Shown here piece after piece: positions 45,405 to 47,061 of a stretch of DNA of 47,061 nt. Every line of letters starts with the position of its first letter. Positions within the stretch are counted from its first letter, which is position 1. The notes beneath the pieces are model-generated. The model did not search any database. It was not told where the DNA came from and worked only from the letters and a program-made list of their open reading frames with translations. The DNA comes from an uncultured Clostridia bacterium. Its GTDB lineage: Bacteria > Bacillota > Clostridia > TANB77 > CAG-508. Both the position numbers and the translations under genes were made by a program. The stretch is from positions 1 through 47,061 of the forward strand of contig CALXJV010000002.1 in assembly GCA_944388715.1 (NCBI GenBank). Reading direction: 5' to 3'.

Positions 45405-46640
45405 ACTATTTTTCATTTCTTCTATTGCTTTTAATACGCCATATTTCCCATATTCATATGTTAATCCGCCTTGCATATATGCTATATATGGTTCTCTTAA
45501 TGGTCCATCACAACTAAGTTCTATTGTTGAACCTTCTGTAAATGTTCCCGCTGCCATTATTACTTCATCCTCATATCCTCCCATAGGACTTGGCTCTGGT
45601 ACAACATTTGAATCTATTGGTGATCCCTTTTGTATTCCTTGACAAAATTTAACTAATTTTTCTGCTGTTCCTAAATTTATTGTTTGTACTATATCTGCTC
45701 TTTCTTCATCATATTTAGGCTCTACATCATATCCTAACTCTTCTAAAATGCTACTAGCAAATATTGCCGTTTTTACACTACTTGCTACAACTTGTGGTGC
45801 AAAAAATAATCCCTTTAATAAATTTGTATTTTGGTTTAATGATGGACCTATTTCTTTTCCTATTCCTGGTGCTGTTAATCTTTCTGCACATAATTTAATT
45901 AGATGTTCTTTTCCCACTATATAGGCACCACTTGTTGCTATTCCTGCTCCTAAATTTTTCATTAAAGAGCCCACTGCTATATCAGCACCTACTTCTATTG
46001 GTTCTCTATCTTGAACAAATTCTCCATAACAATTGTCTACCATTATAATTACTTCTTTGTTTACTTCTCTTATTGCTTTTATTACTTTTTCTATTTTTTC
46101 TATTGTTAAACTTTTTCTTGTTGAATATCCTCTTGATCTTTGAATTTCAACTAATTTAACATCTTTTTTGGCTAATCTTACTTTTATTTTTTCTATGTCA
46201 AAGTCATTATTTACTAATTCTATTTGTTCATATTTTATACCATATGCTTTTAAAGAACTTTCACTTACTTCTTTTCCTATTCCTATTACTGTTTGTAATG
46301 TGTCATATGGTTCTCCTGTTATGCTTACCATCATATCATTTGGACGTAATAATGCAGATAGAGTTATCGCTAAAGCATGTGTTCCTGATATAAATTGTGC
46401 TCTAACTAGACTGTCTTCTGCTTTAAATATTTTTGAATATATTTCTTCTATTTTGTTTCTTCCTACTTCATCTATCCCATATCCAGTTGATGTTGCTAAA
46501 TGCATTTCTTGTAGATTACATTCTTGAAATGCTTTTATTACTTTTATACTATTTTTACTACATATTTCTTCGATTTTTTTGAATTGTGGTTCTATTTTTT
46601 TTTCTATATTTTTTGATAATTCCACTAAATCTTTATTCAT
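45384..46640 (-). CDS. PLP-dependent 'aluminium resistance'/YnbB-like (Met gamma-lyase family) protein
   Basis: STGYGIDEVGRNKIEEIYSKIFKAEDSLVRAQFISGTHAL is typical of the family. The last 6 codons and the stop codon lie inside the repeat. Confidence 0.75.
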   Translation of the reverse strand: MNKDLVELSKNIEKKIEPQFKKIEEICSKNSIKVIKAFQECNLQEMHLATSTGYGIDEVGRNKIEEIYSKIFKAEDSLVRAQFISGTHALAITLSALLRPNDMMVSITGEPYDTLQTVIGIGKEVSESSLKAYGIKYEQIELVNNDFDIEKIKVRLAKKDVKLVEIQRSRGYSTRKSLTIEKIEKVIKAIREVNKEVIIMVDNCYGEFVQDREPIEVGADIAVGSLMKNLGAGIATSGAYIVGKEHLIKLCAERLTAPGIGKEIGPSLNQNTNLLKGLFFAPQVVASSVKTAIFASSILEELGYDVEPKYDEERADIVQTINLGTAEKLVKFCQGIQKGSPIDSNVVPEPSPMGGYEDEVIMAAGTFTEGSTIELSCDGPLREPYIAYMQGGLTYEYGKYGVLKAIEEMKNSGTLGTC

Positions 46641-46771
46641 TTTTTTAATTTATTCCTCCTATACACTATCTTTTTATGTATTTTGTTTTTTACTTTATAA
46701 ATCTGTCAATATTTTACTATATTTTACGTAAATTATCAATAACTATATCAATTTTTCTGTGCATCTAAATT

Positions 46772-46810
46772 TTTTGCATTATAGGAAATGCAATTTCCTA
46801 TAATGCAAAA
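46772..46810. repeat. Perfect AT-rich palindrome
   Basis: TTTTGCATTATAGGAAAT-GC-ATTTCCTATAATGCAAAA. Confidence 0.6.
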
Positions 46811-46850
46811 AAACAGCTATTATAGTTAATATAAACACTATAGCTGTTTT
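46807..46850 (-). terminator. Rho-independent terminator after rpsR
   Basis: On the minus strand: AACAGCTATAGT...ACTATAATAGCTGTT followed by TTTTT. Confidence 0.7.
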
Positions 46851-46860
46851 CTATTTTTGA

Positions 46861-47061
46861 TTATTTTTGTGCATATGGTAATAAAGCGATATGTCTTGCT
46901 CTTTTAATAGCAATTGTAATATCTCTTTGATGTTTAGCACATGCTCCTGTAGTTCTTCTTGGTAAGATTTTACCTTTATCACTTATGAATTTTCTTAGTT
47001 GTTCAGGATTTTTATAATCTAATACAAAATTTTTATCACTACATAATAAGCATACTTTTTT
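46861..47061 (-). CDS. rpsR: 30S ribosomal protein S18, 5'-truncated by the window edge
   Basis: The minus-strand frame reads [66 protein letters not shown]. It is not in the ORF track because the start lies outside the window. Confidence 0.9.
   Translation of the reverse strand, partial: KKVCLLCSDKNFVLDYKNPEQLRKFISDKGKILPRRTTGACAKHQRDITIAIKRARHIALLPYAQK

Overview
This is a very AT-rich, low-GC Firmicutes (Clostridia-type) chromosomal segment. Almost all genes are on the minus strand and most are core housekeeping, cell-division or sporulation genes.

Genes recognised by motif:
- Cell division and shape: ftsK, divIVA, sepF, rodA, minE, minD.
- Translation and RNA modification: rsmD, miaA, mnmA, aspS, a dus gene, and a partial rpsR at the right edge.
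- DNA repair: mutL.
- Sporulation: spo0A and an M23/M50 (SpoIVFA/SpoIVFB-like) locus.
- Accessory-looking genes: a frameshifted MacB/FtsX-type ABC transporter, an antitoxin-less mazF, a tandem SpoT-type HD protein divergent from an HD-GYP protein, a PIN-domain protein, a GH15 hydrolase, a beta-CASP MBL hydrolase and an AAA-ATPase/PD-(D/E)XK protein.

I found no rRNA, tRNA, CRISPR array, transposase or integrase, and no known multi-gene defence system.

The most unusual signal is non-coding:
1. A dispersed family of palindromic intergenic repeats built from GGGAC/GGACC/GGAAC words, with at least 9 copies. One has perfect 48-bp arms. Several abut or supply gene stop codons.
2. Two homologous foldback elements of about 300-440 nt that fill whole intergenic regions and share a GC-rich apical motif.
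3. A 93-nt exact duplication of the M23 peptidase promoter and 5' end, placed in front of the M50 site-2 protease gene.

Everything is called by eye from motifs and base pairing. No searches, folding energies or statistics were run. Several ORF-track starts were moved to an internal ATG with a good Shine-Dalgarno sequence, because the upstream extension was read out of a repeat or the ribosome-binding site (RBS).
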